DNA from: a virus
Virus record (IMG/VR): IMGVR_UViG_3300030329_005082
Span: 114,631-178,630 of that record
Direction: 5' to 3' (one strand)
DNA: 64,000 nt
Shown: one piece after another, positions 39,896-48,472 of the stretch
Layout of the letters: every line of letters starts with the position of its first letter
How positions within the stretch are numbered: the first letter of the stretch is position 1
The notes under the pieces: generated by a model
Database searches by the model: none
Seen by the model: only the letters and a program-made list of their open reading frames with translations
Told to the model about the DNA's origin: nothing
Position numbers and translations under genes: made by a program

Positions 39896-41407
39896 TTAGC
39901 CAGCCTTGACTTCAAGCTTCATAAGCTCTTCAGCACCGGAGGTGTCGTAAGAAAAGATAAGATCAACATTATCTGTACCGTCTACCAATTTAAGTGTACC
40001 ACCGTTGGATCCGTCGCCTGCGAAAGCAAACTTAGCCTTGAAAGCATCAATGTTGCTTTGTACAGCAGAGTCACCAGCAGCACGATCAGCAGCCTCGCTA
40101 GCGATATTCACACCTAGTGCGGTATCAGCAGCGAGACGAGAAGCCTCAGCGGCAGCAACATCAGCAATACGATCAACAAGCTCAGCATCAATAAGAGTAT
40201 CAATGCTGTTATCCGCAGCCAAGCGTGATGACGCTTCAGCAGATAGAGCTGAACTACGTGCAGCAGATTCTGAAGCGAGATTCACAGAAATAGAAGCATC
40301 GGCAGATGCAGCTATTGACTTCTCTTGAGATACTGCGCCTTCACGATTACTAACTTCGTTAGCAAGCGAATTGGCATAACCAGTATCTGCGGTTTCGCGA
40401 AGAACAATCTCAGCAGACAATGCAGCATTCTCAGAAGAAACTTCAGCAGCAAGGTTTGCATTGAGAGCAACATCACCGGAAGCCATGCTAGAGGCTTCAG
40501 CAGTCAAAGCAGCACCGCGAGCAGTGACTTCAGCAGCAAGATTGTTACTTACAATTAGATCACCAGAAGCATAAGCAGCTTCTTCACTAGCAACAGCCTC
40601 TTTACGAGAGCTAACCTCAGAAGATCTGAGAGCATCAAGTGCAGAATCAGCAGCCTCGTGAGCAACGACCTCAGAAGAGACGCCGGCTGAACGAAGGGCG
40701 ATTTGAGTATTCAAGTCGCCTGTAATTGCTGTATCTACAGAAGCACGTGCAGCAGCCTCGGCAGCAACCAAGGTACCACGAGCAACAACAGCAGAAGAGA
40801 TATCTTCTGACCGTGCCATGTCACCGGACAACTGAGAACTAGCCTCGGAAGAGAGAGCACTAGATCTTGCAGCGATTTGTGCTGTAATCCTTGTTTCCAA
40901 AGATGTATCAGCATTGCCACGCGCAAGAGCTTCAGCAGTAACAGCAGCACCACGTGCAGCAATTTCTACATCTGCGCGAGAATCAACACTAGTATCAGCC
41001 GCGCCACGAGCAGCAGCTTCAGCAGCAACATCAGCAACACGCTCAGACTTGGCAGCACTAAGTGCAGCAGCCTCAACTACATCACCAGATTCACGAGCAG
41101 ACAACTCTGAAGAGAGAGCTTGTGATCTTGCAGCCACTTCGGATGCGATATTCACTGAGATGAGGTTATCCCCTGCCAAGCGAGAGGAAGCCTCTGCGGC
41201 GATGGCAGCATCTTCTGCTACCAACTCATTGGAAAGGTTCCCCTCAATAACAACACGATGGCTTGCTTCAGCACTAAACTGGGCGTTTAGGGTACGATCA
41301 GCGCCACCTTCTGGGGTTGCAACTTTTAGAAATTCCGCCAACTCGTCGTGAGCAAGCATCTTCTTCTGAAGGACTAGGCCCTTTTTATCAGAAATATATG
41401 TAGCCAT
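39896..41407 (-). CDS. Ala-rich coiled-coil fibre-like protein, paralog 3 (503 aa)
   Basis: ExxxRxxxD repeats; conserved N-terminal GLVLQKKML and C-terminal FAFAGDG..GGTL.L.DG. Confidence 0.85.
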   Translation of the reverse strand: MATYISDKKGLVLQKKMLAHDELAEFLKVATPEGGADRTLNAQFSAEASHRVVIEGNLSNELVAEDAAIAAEASSRLAGDNLISVNIASEVAARSQALSSELSARESGDVVEAAALSAAKSERVADVAAEAAARGAADTSVDSRADVEIAARGAAVTAEALARGNADTSLETRITAQIAARSSALSSEASSQLSGDMARSEDISSAVVARGTLVAAEAAARASVDTAITGDLNTQIALRSAGVSSEVVAHEAADSALDALRSSEVSSRKEAVASEEAAYASGDLIVSNNLAAEVTARGAALTAEASSMASGDVALNANLAAEVSSENAALSAEIVLRETADTGYANSLANEVSNREGAVSQEKSIAASADASISVNLASESAARSSALSAEASSRLAADNSIDTLIDAELVDRIADVAAAEASRLAADTALGVNIASEAADRAAGDSAVQSNIDAFKAKFAFAGDGSNGGTLKLVDGTDNVDLIFSYDTSGAEELMKLEVKAG

Positions 41408-41451
41408 TTTATTTTATCTCCTTATAAAATGTGTTTGTTTAAAAATGCTAA

Positions 41452-42951
41452 TTACGCACCCTTAAAGAGTTCTAGAAGTACAACACCAGAAACGGTGGTG
41501 AAGTTCATACGAACAACATCGGAACCATCAGTTAGAGTAAGGTTTGCACCGGCACCTGCGACATCGCCGCTGAAGCCGAACTTGGTGTCCAAGCTTGCAA
41601 TTTCATTCATAATAACTGTATCAGCAGAAAGACGAGAAGAAGATTCAGAAGAAATCTCACCTTCTTTCACTGTATCAGCAGACATACGACTAGAGACCTC
41701 TGTAGACAAGTCCGCAGAGCGACTAGAAACAGCGTTAGCAATCTTGGTATCAAGACTATTGTCCTTCTCCAAGCGTGTAGCCTCTTCAGCAATCACAAGA
41801 GCAGTACGTTCTGAGATTTCAGAAGAAATGCTAGAATCAAGAGCACTATCGCTAGCGGCTCTGATTGTTGCGATAGATGCAACAGCAACACCGCGTGCAG
41901 TCTCTTCACCGGTAACAGCAGTCATGATGCTATTATCAGCAGCAAGACGAGCATTACCTTCAGAAGTAGAATCAGCAGCGCGAGCAGCTTCTTGTACATC
42001 AATAGCGTCAGAGATAGCCTGATCAGCAGCAACACGAGAAGAAGCCTCGGTTGATACGGCAGTGCTTCGTGCTGTTACTTCAGCAGCGATATTTGCACTG
42101 AGTGTAGAATCAGCGTTACCACGTGCAGTTGCCAAAGAGACAAACGCATCGCTAGCAACTGCATACTCTGTAGAAATTGCCTGAGATAAAACAAGATCCT
42201 TAGAAGCACGTGCGGCAGCTAAAGAAGTAATAGCAGCACCGCGGTTGCCAGCCTCTAGACCAATGTCTGATGCCAAAGCATCATCAGCGGCAAGACGAGA
42301 AGAAGCCTCTGAAGACAAAGCTGCTTCACGAGCGGCGATTTCAACAACCAACGCTGAAGAAAGAGCCTTGTCGGCAGCAGATCTTGTAGCATCTTGTGCA
42401 GAATGAGCAGCAGCGCGAGCAACCGCTTCATCAGTAATTAATGTACCCAAAGAAGAGTCACCAGCCAAGCGAGAAGCTTCTTCGGCAGCGATCGCTACAA
42501 CAGCAGCGGAGGCTTCAGAAGAAATTTTGCTAGACATAGCTGCATCATCTTTTATCATTTCGGACAACTCAGCAGATAGAGCAGAACTACGATCACCTGT
42601 TTCTGTTGTCAAATTTGCAGAAATACTATTATCTGCTGCGAGGCGAAGTGCCTCTTCGGCAAGAACAGCAGCTTCACGTGCTGCGATTTCGCTAGAAATA
42701 TCACCGCTCAATACTGTATCGCCAGAAAGACGTGAACTGCGTTCAGCAGCCGCGGCTGAGGAACGAGAAGCAGCCTGAGTAACAATAGATGCACTGAGTC
42801 CGTCACGTTCGGTCTTTTCCATAGACAATTTTTCGTTGACAGTTTTGTCACCTGAAACCATTAGAAGAGCAGCTAGTTCATCGGATGCATCAAGCATCTC
42901 CTTTTGTAGGACTAAGCCATCTGCATCCCCGGCATTAATATATGTAGCCAT
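41452..42951 (-). CDS. Ala-rich coiled-coil fibre-like protein, paralog 2 (499 aa)
   Basis: Same repeats; GLVLQKEML; FGFSGD; AAGGAGG SD. Confidence 0.85.
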   Translation of the reverse strand: MATYINAGDADGLVLQKEMLDASDELAALLMVSGDKTVNEKLSMEKTERDGLSASIVTQAASRSSAAAAERSSRLSGDTVLSGDISSEIAAREAAVLAEEALRLAADNSISANLTTETGDRSSALSAELSEMIKDDAAMSSKISSEASAAVVAIAAEEASRLAGDSSLGTLITDEAVARAAAHSAQDATRSAADKALSSALVVEIAAREAALSSEASSRLAADDALASDIGLEAGNRGAAITSLAAARASKDLVLSQAISTEYAVASDAFVSLATARGNADSTLSANIAAEVTARSTAVSTEASSRVAADQAISDAIDVQEAARAADSTSEGNARLAADNSIMTAVTGEETARGVAVASIATIRAASDSALDSSISSEISERTALVIAEEATRLEKDNSLDTKIANAVSSRSADLSTEVSSRMSADTVKEGEISSESSSRLSADTVIMNEIASLDTKFGFSGDVAGAGANLTLTDGSDVVRMNFTTVSGVVLLELFKGA

Positions 42952-43029
42952 TTTTTATTTCCTCCTTAGAAAATAAATTTGTATTCTAAACAACCAAATG
43001 ATACAAAACCAATAAAGAGTTCTTAAGGT

Positions 43030-44538
43030 TTAGCTCAAGAACATCTTCACTAGAGTTGCATTGACCTTGACAAACTGCGCCGTAACGCTGTTACCAGAAG
43101 CAGCATCGGTCATCAAAAGACTACCACCACCAGCACCATTGCCAGAGTAGGCAAGTCTATCAGTGAGGACCTTAAGTTCAGAACTTCTAGCAGCATCACC
43201 AGCAGAGCGATCTGTAATAGCAGAAGCTAACACAGTGTCTAGAGAAGAATTTGCAGCCGCAGCAGCAGCCTCTTCAGCAAGAACAGCAGCTTTACGAGAG
43301 CTAACCTCGGAAGACAATGCACTTGATTCAGCGGCATCACCTGCGATACGAGCAGTGCTAGCATCAGCAATATCAGATCCGCGATCAGAGATAGCATTGG
43401 TCAACTTGAGTGCAGCAGATGTATCACCAGCGGCGCGCAAAGCCTCTTCGGCGTCTATAGCAGCAATACGAGCAGAGACAGCAGTTGAAAGGTCTGCGGA
43501 AACTACAAGATCACCAGAAACACGAGAACTAGTCAAAGCAGTGTGATCTACAGCACGAGCAGCAGCTTCGTCATCAATCTCGCCCTGTAGAGCAAGATCT
43601 TCAGCGTTGCGTGCAGCAGCTTCAGCAGCAACAGCAACAACACGGGCAGAAACAGCAGTAGAGAGTGAGGTGCTATTAGCAGCATCACCAGCTTCGCGAG
43701 CAACGACTTCAGAAGAAATCTTAGCAACGCGATTAGCAACAGCAGCATCCTTGTCTGCGGTGAGTAATGTATCAACACTACCACGAGCGGTGATTTCAGC
43801 AGCAATTGCAGCAGCATATGCAGCTTCTTCAGTATCTAGCGCAGCAGAAATTACTGCATCGCCAGACTCACGCTGACTCAAACGAGTACTTAGATCAGTA
43901 GAACGATTTACTACTTCAGAAGAGAGAGTAGCAGCTAGGAGAGCATCACCAGAAACTCTAGCGTCGCTCAAAGAAGCCAAACCAGCATCTTCAGAAGACT
44001 TTTCAGATTCTAGAGCAGAATCAACAGCACTATCACCAGCAGCGCGAGCGTTAGAAGCTACGGTCATCAAAGATGCACGAGCGTCTTCAGCATCACTCAT
44101 GTTTGTTGTGATGTTTACATCAGCAGCAGCACGAGCAGCAGCTTGAGCAGCGACAGCAGTATTCATTGCAGCCAATTCAGCAGCAATACCTGTAGAAAGA
44201 GCAGCATCACCAGCAACGCGAGCAGCTATTGCGTCAGTCATGTCAACCTCACGAGCAGCAACGCCAGTAGATAGTGCTGCGCTTTGTGCGTCATCACCTG
44301 TACCACGAGCATTAATTGTTACTGTCATGTCAGATGCACGAGCAACAACTTCTGCACTTAGGGCTGTTGAAACAGCACCTCTTTGAATCATAGCTTCATC
44401 AAAAGCTTTGTTCAATTTTTTATCTAGGCCAGACTCTGGCTCGGAAACCATTAAAACCTCTGCAAGATCAGCGGATGAATCAAGCATTTTCTTTTGTAGG
44501 ACTAAACCGGATTCGGATAGATTGGAAATATAAGGCAT
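43030..44538 (-). CDS. Ala-rich coiled-coil fibre-like protein, paralog 1 (502 aa)
   Basis: Same repeats; GLVLQKKML; LAYSGNG.GGGSL; AAGGAGG SD. Confidence 0.85.
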   Translation of the reverse strand: MPYISNLSESGLVLQKKMLDSSADLAEVLMVSEPESGLDKKLNKAFDEAMIQRGAVSTALSAEVVARASDMTVTINARGTGDDAQSAALSTGVAAREVDMTDAIAARVAGDAALSTGIAAELAAMNTAVAAQAAARAAADVNITTNMSDAEDARASLMTVASNARAAGDSAVDSALESEKSSEDAGLASLSDARVSGDALLAATLSSEVVNRSTDLSTRLSQRESGDAVISAALDTEEAAYAAAIAAEITARGSVDTLLTADKDAAVANRVAKISSEVVAREAGDAANSTSLSTAVSARVVAVAAEAAARNAEDLALQGEIDDEAAARAVDHTALTSSRVSGDLVVSADLSTAVSARIAAIDAEEALRAAGDTSAALKLTNAISDRGSDIADASTARIAGDAAESSALSSEVSSRKAAVLAEEAAAAAANSSLDTVLASAITDRSAGDAARSSELKVLTDRLAYSGNGAGGGSLLMTDAASGNSVTAQFVKVNATLVKMFLS

Positions 44539-44880
44539 TTTATATTTTCCTCCTTTTATGTGTTACGAAACAAGTTTGAGACTGATAGACAACCTGGGCT
44601 AAAAAACCCTCTGTGTAACATTCTAAAACCTTCCTTTAAGTGAATACTTAAAAACCGTTTCACTGCCATCTGTATCTAGTATTATGAATAGATAACTAAG
44701 CAGTAAAATGATTTATATTTTGTGAAACATTCTTTCGTACAACACGAAACACTTTATCAATTAGTCTTCAAAGTGACAAAAGGAAAAGGTTAAAGAACAT
44801 TATGGCATTTAGATTTAGTTAGTCTTATCTAAGATGCCCCTTATAAACGCCCCCAGTCGCATTAAATTCAAACTTTTTAT

Positions 44881-44905
44881 AAAAAAAAGCTCCCTAAAAG
44901 GGAGC
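44881..44905 (-). terminator. Intrinsic terminator after the tRNA cluster
   Basis: GCTCCC-TTTTA-GGGAGC followed by T8. Confidence 0.9.
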
Positions 44906-44909
44906 CCTT

Positions 44910-44997
44910 TGGAGGAAGGAGAGGGATTCGAACCCTCGGTGGGTTGCCCCACACAGCATTTCCAATGCTGCACCATCGGCCTCTCGGTCATCCTTCC
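44910..44997 (-). tRNA. tRNA-Ser(GGA)
   Basis: Acceptor GGAAGGA/TCCTTCC, anticodon arm CAGCA-TTGGAAA-TGCTG, long variable arm GTGGG-GCAA-CCCAC, encoded CCA. Confidence 0.95.
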
Positions 44998-45000
44998 ATA

Positions 45001-45030
45001 TATAAGCAGTTTAAAGACATGCTTAGGTCA
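45001..45030 (-). other. Repeated pseudoknot-like/palindromic element, copy A
   Basis: TGACCTAAGCATGTCTTTAAACTGCTTATA; ends 3 nt before tRNA-Ser. Confidence 0.55.
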
Positions 45031-45050
45031 TACGCTAGAATCGCACTCTA

Positions 45051-45126
45051 TGGTGGAGAGTATCGGAGTCGAACCGATCACCCCCTGCGTGCAAAGCAGG
45101 CGCTCTACCAGATGAGCTAACTCCCC
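45051..45126 (-). tRNA. tRNA-Ala(TGC)
   Basis: GGGGAGT/ACTCTCC with G3:U70; CCTGC-TTTGCAC-GCAGG; CCA encoded. Confidence 0.97.
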
Positions 45127-45151
45127 ATTGATATAATTAGAAGGCAACAAA

Positions 45152-45271
45152 CTACTTTACTCTAAATCTATGATCAATCCATGACTTTGTGTAATACATG
45201 ATAGATAACCATACTGAAAACAGTAAACCATCAACATACCCAAGGCTATCCCAAATCTCTACGAGTTCCAT
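45152..45271 (-). CDS. Small membrane protein (39 aa) inside the tRNA cluster
   Basis: GGAG SD; MELVEIWDSLGYVDGLLFSVWLSIMYYTKSWIDHRFRVK; below the track cutoff. Confidence 0.65.
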   Translation of the reverse strand: MELVEIWDSLGYVDGLLFSVWLSIMYYTKSWIDHRFRVK

Positions 45272-45280
45272 TTGTTCTCC

Positions 45281-45311
45281 TATAAGCAGTTTATAGACTT
45301 GCTTAGGTCTA
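45281..45311 (-). other. Repeated pseudoknot-like/palindromic element, copy B
   Basis: TAGACCTAAGCAAGTCTATAAACTGCTTATA; starts right after the tRNA-Thr CCA and abuts the SD of the 39-aa ORF. Confidence 0.55.
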
Positions 45312-45387
45312 TGGTGCCGGCTGTAGGGATCGAACCTACGGCCTTCGGGTTACAAATCCGATGCTCTCCCAACTGAGCTAAGCCGGC
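45312..45387 (-). tRNA. tRNA-Thr(TGT)
   Basis: GCCGGCT/AGCCGGC, loop TT-TGT-AA, TTCGATC T-loop, CCA; A31-C39 mismatch. Confidence 0.93.
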
Positions 45388-45391
45388 GGTG

Positions 45392-45468
45392 TGGTAGGGG
45401 ACCAGAGACTTGAACTCTGAACCTCCCGATTATGAGTCGGATGCTCTAACCAATTGAGCTAATCCCCC
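45392..45468 (-). tRNA. tRNA(CAT), most likely Ile2 (lysidine acceptor) rather than Met
   Basis: Anticodon arm TCCGA-CTCATAA-TCGGG (CGACTCATAATCG as in enterobacterial tRNA-Ile2); no initiator GGG/CCC stem; tilS 1.5 kb upstream. Confidence 0.85.
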
Positions 45469-45484
45469 ACAAATATAATATTCC

Positions 45485-46348
45485 CTATTCCTTATCTTGT
45501 ATATTTTTAGGGAAACCATTTTTTACTAATAGATTTCCCATTTCTACAAATTCTTCGTTGATTTCAAACCCTACCCACCTGTAGCCTCTTTTTTCGCAAA
45601 CATAACATTCGCTACCAGTGCCGGCAAAAGGTATAACAACTGTTGCACTTTTTCCATCTTCAATACAAGCATCCAGAAGAATTTCTGTGATTTTTGTTGG
45701 TTTTTGAGTTGGGTGAGAAATAGTATCATCAACCGAGAGTGCTTTTCTTTGCTTTGAGGTATACAGCATCTGATTTGAAGGAGAATAGAAAAATCTTTCT
45801 TTCAAACCTGCACCACCAGCCAAAGACGGAGTACAAATAACATCTCTTGGTAATGCACCTTTATCATGTGCTTTGTAGACTGTTTCTTTATCTCCAAACC
45901 GACCTTTTGTATTTTTCCTTTTTTTGCCGGCAGCATTCTTCAAAAACTGATCAGTATAAGGAACCCTTACTTGGTCTCTGAAAAATGTTCTCTGCTCTTT
46001 CCAGCAGCATAAAATAGATTCGTGCGTTCTTTGCCAAAAGTTTAAGCTCGGAACAGTTTTGTTTGTATAGTGCCACACGAGCCAGCGTTTATTCAAATCA
46101 ATATTCACAGACAAATGTGCCAGAATTTCAGAAAATCCATAAATATACATTACACCGTCGGATTTTAAAATTCGCTCACATTCTGCCAGCCATGATTGAG
46201 CCCATGAAATATATTCAGAGATATCAAGATTGGTCTTGTTGTTGCCATAATCTTTGCCAATATTATACGGCGGATCTAAGATAATACAATCCGCACTGTC
46301 TGATTTGACTTTACGAAGACCTTCAACTACATCAATATGATAAATCAT
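45485..46348 (-). CDS. DNA N4-mC/N6-mA methyltransferase, beta class
   Basis: ILDPPYN (motif IV) N-terminal; HPTQKP and PFAGTGSE (motif I) C-terminal. GGAGTGG SD supports the start at 46348. Confidence 0.9.
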   Translation of the reverse strand: MIYHIDVVEGLRKVKSDSADCIILDPPYNIGKDYGNNKTNLDISEYISWAQSWLAECERILKSDGVMYIYGFSEILAHLSVNIDLNKRWLVWHYTNKTVPSLNFWQRTHESILCCWKEQRTFFRDQVRVPYTDQFLKNAAGKKRKNTKGRFGDKETVYKAHDKGALPRDVICTPSLAGGAGLKERFFYSPSNQMLYTSKQRKALSVDDTISHPTQKPTKITEILLDACIEDGKSATVVIPFAGTGSECYVCEKRGYRWVGFEINEEFVEMGNLLVKNGFPKNIQDKE

Positions 46349-46370
46349 CACCACTCCATTGTGGAATATT

Positions 46371-46982
46371 TTACCACATTTCAATCTCTTTGATAAATGG
46401 TAGGTCAATCAATTTATAGTAATTTGAAATTCCACCAACAATGTAATCATCGTTGTCAGATTTTTCACCGCCTTGTTGTTTTCGGAATGGCTTCCTGTCA
46501 ATCTGATTGATGTATTCAACAAAATCTTTTTTCTCCATGAAATATGCACGAATCAAAGGCGGCTTTGAGGTGCGATTTTTCTCAGAGATAATCTGATTTT
46601 TTTGATCATAGTTTGGATTAATTCCGAAAAAGATAAAACGTTCCCAATCTTTTTCCGCAGCAATATGATTAAAGGTAAAAGTATCAGGCTGGATTAGCTT
46701 TTGATCATCTTTAGTTCTTACTGAATTAGCCAGAGAAAACTTGATCTCGGTCTTATAGCCATCAATAATTCTATCATGCCCAGGATTTGTAGGTGATTCA
46801 ACTTTAGCACCTAACTGCATCTCCATAAACCCCTCTACATATTCTTCACCAAAGTGACCTTTTTGTTTGGGATCCATTCGGGGATAGTCTTCAAAGTACG
46901 TACCCCTCCAGTTGTTGTGCAGAGAACGATCAATGTACTCTTTAAGGTTTTTGTTTTCAAAGATTTTTTGATGTAGACTCAT
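46371..46982 (-). CDS. Putative type II restriction endonuclease (PD-(D/E)XK)
   Basis: KQKGHFGEEYV..GHDRIIDGYKTEIKFS (E...D...ExK); directly upstream of the MTase. Confidence 0.65.
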   Translation of the reverse strand: MSLHQKIFENKNLKEYIDRSLHNNWRGTYFEDYPRMDPKQKGHFGEEYVEGFMEMQLGAKVESPTNPGHDRIIDGYKTEIKFSLANSVRTKDDQKLIQPDTFTFNHIAAEKDWERFIFFGINPNYDQKNQIISEKNRTSKPPLIRAYFMEKKDFVEYINQIDRKPFRKQQGGEKSDNDDYIVGGISNYYKLIDLPFIKEIEMW

Positions 46983-47577
46983 TTTTATATTCCTTTTCTA
47001 CGAGTTTACGAAATGTCTTTTCAACGCCCGGATTTACGAGCCGGGCATGGGGCATAATATCGTGCCTAATGATGCTTCTCATGAACTTTCTGTCTGCATT
47101 TCCTGGGTCAACAAGAAATGGCACCTCTTTTCTATTGCACCAATCTTCTAGAGAGCGTTTAGAGGTGGGGATAAAGGGTCTAATAACATTTTTGTTCTGG
47201 TAGGGGATAATCTTACCGTGACCATGGATAGAAGAGAATAAAAACCACTCAATCACGTCGTCTAAATTGTGCCCTGTTACAATAGGCATATTGAAGCTGT
47301 GGAAGAATTTGTAACGCTCATCTCGCCAATGTTCTTCAAGTGATTTTTTCGGCGGACAAGAGTTGTAATTAATTCCAATAACAATTGGAATATCCCTTTT
47401 ATCACAAAAATCTTTTACAAACCTTTTACACTTTCTTCCAAAGTTTGTGCCGTGATCAAAATAACAAGCGGTCACATCGTGATTGTTGTTGAGGAAATCT
47501 AAAATAGCCATTGAGTCTGGTCCGCCGCTGACAGCGACGCCCAATTCTCTTGGTAGTTTTTCTAGAATTCTCAACAT
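46957..47577 (-). CDS. tilS: tRNA(Ile)-lysidine synthetase, minimal catalytic-domain form (206 aa)
   Basis: VAVSGGPDSMA (PP-loop), DHG, RDERY, TGHNLDD..E, IRP, DPGN. AGGAG SD gives the start at 47577; the track extension overlaps tRNA-Arg. Confidence 0.88.
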   Translation of the reverse strand: MLRILEKLPRELGVAVSGGPDSMAILDFLNNNHDVTACYFDHGTNFGRKCKRFVKDFCDKRDIPIVIGINYNSCPPKKSLEEHWRDERYKFFHSFNMPIVTGHNLDDVIEWFLFSSIHGHGKIIPYQNKNVIRPFIPTSKRSLEDWCNRKEVPFLVDPGNADRKFMRSIIRHDIMPHARLVNPGVEKTFRKLVEKEYKNESTSKNL

Positions 47578-47587
47578 TATAACTCCT

Positions 47588-47664
<77 letters not shown>

Positions 47665-47833
47665 AAAATGTGAAGAGTTTCCACCCGAACGATTACGGGA
47701 TTCCTATTTGTAGTGTATCTAACCCTACAATCCGTCTTCCACACGCAACTCTTCCAAGGTATGTGGGTACTGAAGGTAGGGACGCTGGCTATTCTTGCCG
47801 CCTGCCAGATCAGCCTAGGTTGACCCTTGACAC

Positions 47834-47863
47834 TTATCGTCGTCGGGTTTTGGCAATCTCCAT
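47834..47863 (-). other. 9-codon ORF MEIAKTRRR (CGA x3), possible leader peptide
   Basis: AGGAG-7 nt-ATG GAG ATT GCC AAA ACC CGA CGA CGA TAA; CTATTTAT upstream at 47889-47896. Confidence 0.45.
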
Positions 47864-47923
47864 TTTGTGTCTCCTAAAAAGTTAGCCAATAAATAGGCGC
47901 TTCCAATCTCAAAAGTGCTTCTC

Positions 47924-48136
47924 CTACTTTTTGCGAAGCTTAAGATTCTTGCCGGCAATAATAAGATTAGGATTCTTGATGCTCGGATTGAGCCTTTCAA
48001 GGCTTTTACGGCTAATCTTGTGCTTTATTGCTAATTCGCTAAGTGTATCACCCTTTTGAATACGAACTGAAGTTAATTGTCCGTGCGAGCAACCAACAAA
48101 AGAAAACGCGAATAATAAAACCATTACCTTGTACAT
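47924..48136 (-). CDS. LysM-domain lipoprotein
   Basis: Lipobox VG-C; QKGDTLSELA..LERLNP.IKNPNLI.AG..L.L. Confidence 0.9.
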   Translation of the reverse strand: MYKVMVLLFAFSFVGCSHGQLTSVRIQKGDTLSELAIKHKISRKSLERLNPSIKNPNLIIAGKNLKLRKK

Positions 48137-48147
48137 TTTATTTCTCC

Positions 48148-48462
48148 TTAGAGTCCATAAATTCCGATGACATCTTTTGCCTTGTCTTCAAGGATGCACC
48201 CACGAGGGAAGTTTTTAGCAGGAGTTTTCCAAGAAGCAGCCTTCCAAATCAAGCCGTCCTCTTTGCCGACAAAAAACCAAACACTCTCATTCTGGTAGCT
48301 GTCCTTCTTAGCAATTTTGTAGTATTTACTGCCAGGATAGACTTTGACTTCTGGTACCTTGAGATTAGAAAACTTGGATTTATAATGTCCATTGAGCATT
48401 TCCACACATTCATCAATAAAGCCGTGAAGGTGAAATTCTACTTCAGGATTTGCGATAGCCAT
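48148..48462 (-). CDS. Conserved phage hypothetical protein
   Basis: AGGAG SD; YYKIAK..SVWFFV..DGLIWKAASWKTPAK. Confidence 0.8.
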   Translation of the reverse strand: MAIANPEVEFHLHGFIDECVEMLNGHYKSKFSNLKVPEVKVYPGSKYYKIAKKDSYQNESVWFFVGKEDGLIWKAASWKTPAKNFPRGCILEDKAKDVIGIYGL

Positions 48463-48472
48463 TTTTTTCTCC

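Noticed and set aside
40005-43876. Long plus-strand Ala/Ser/Arg-rich ORFs (e.g. 41429..42022, 40914..41351)
   Set aside because: Antisense frames kept open by the GCT/GCA codon bias of the fibre genes; no SD or independent features.
44834-45115. 93-aa plus-strand ORF
   Set aside because: Antisense to tRNA-Ser and tRNA-Ala and crosses the terminator.
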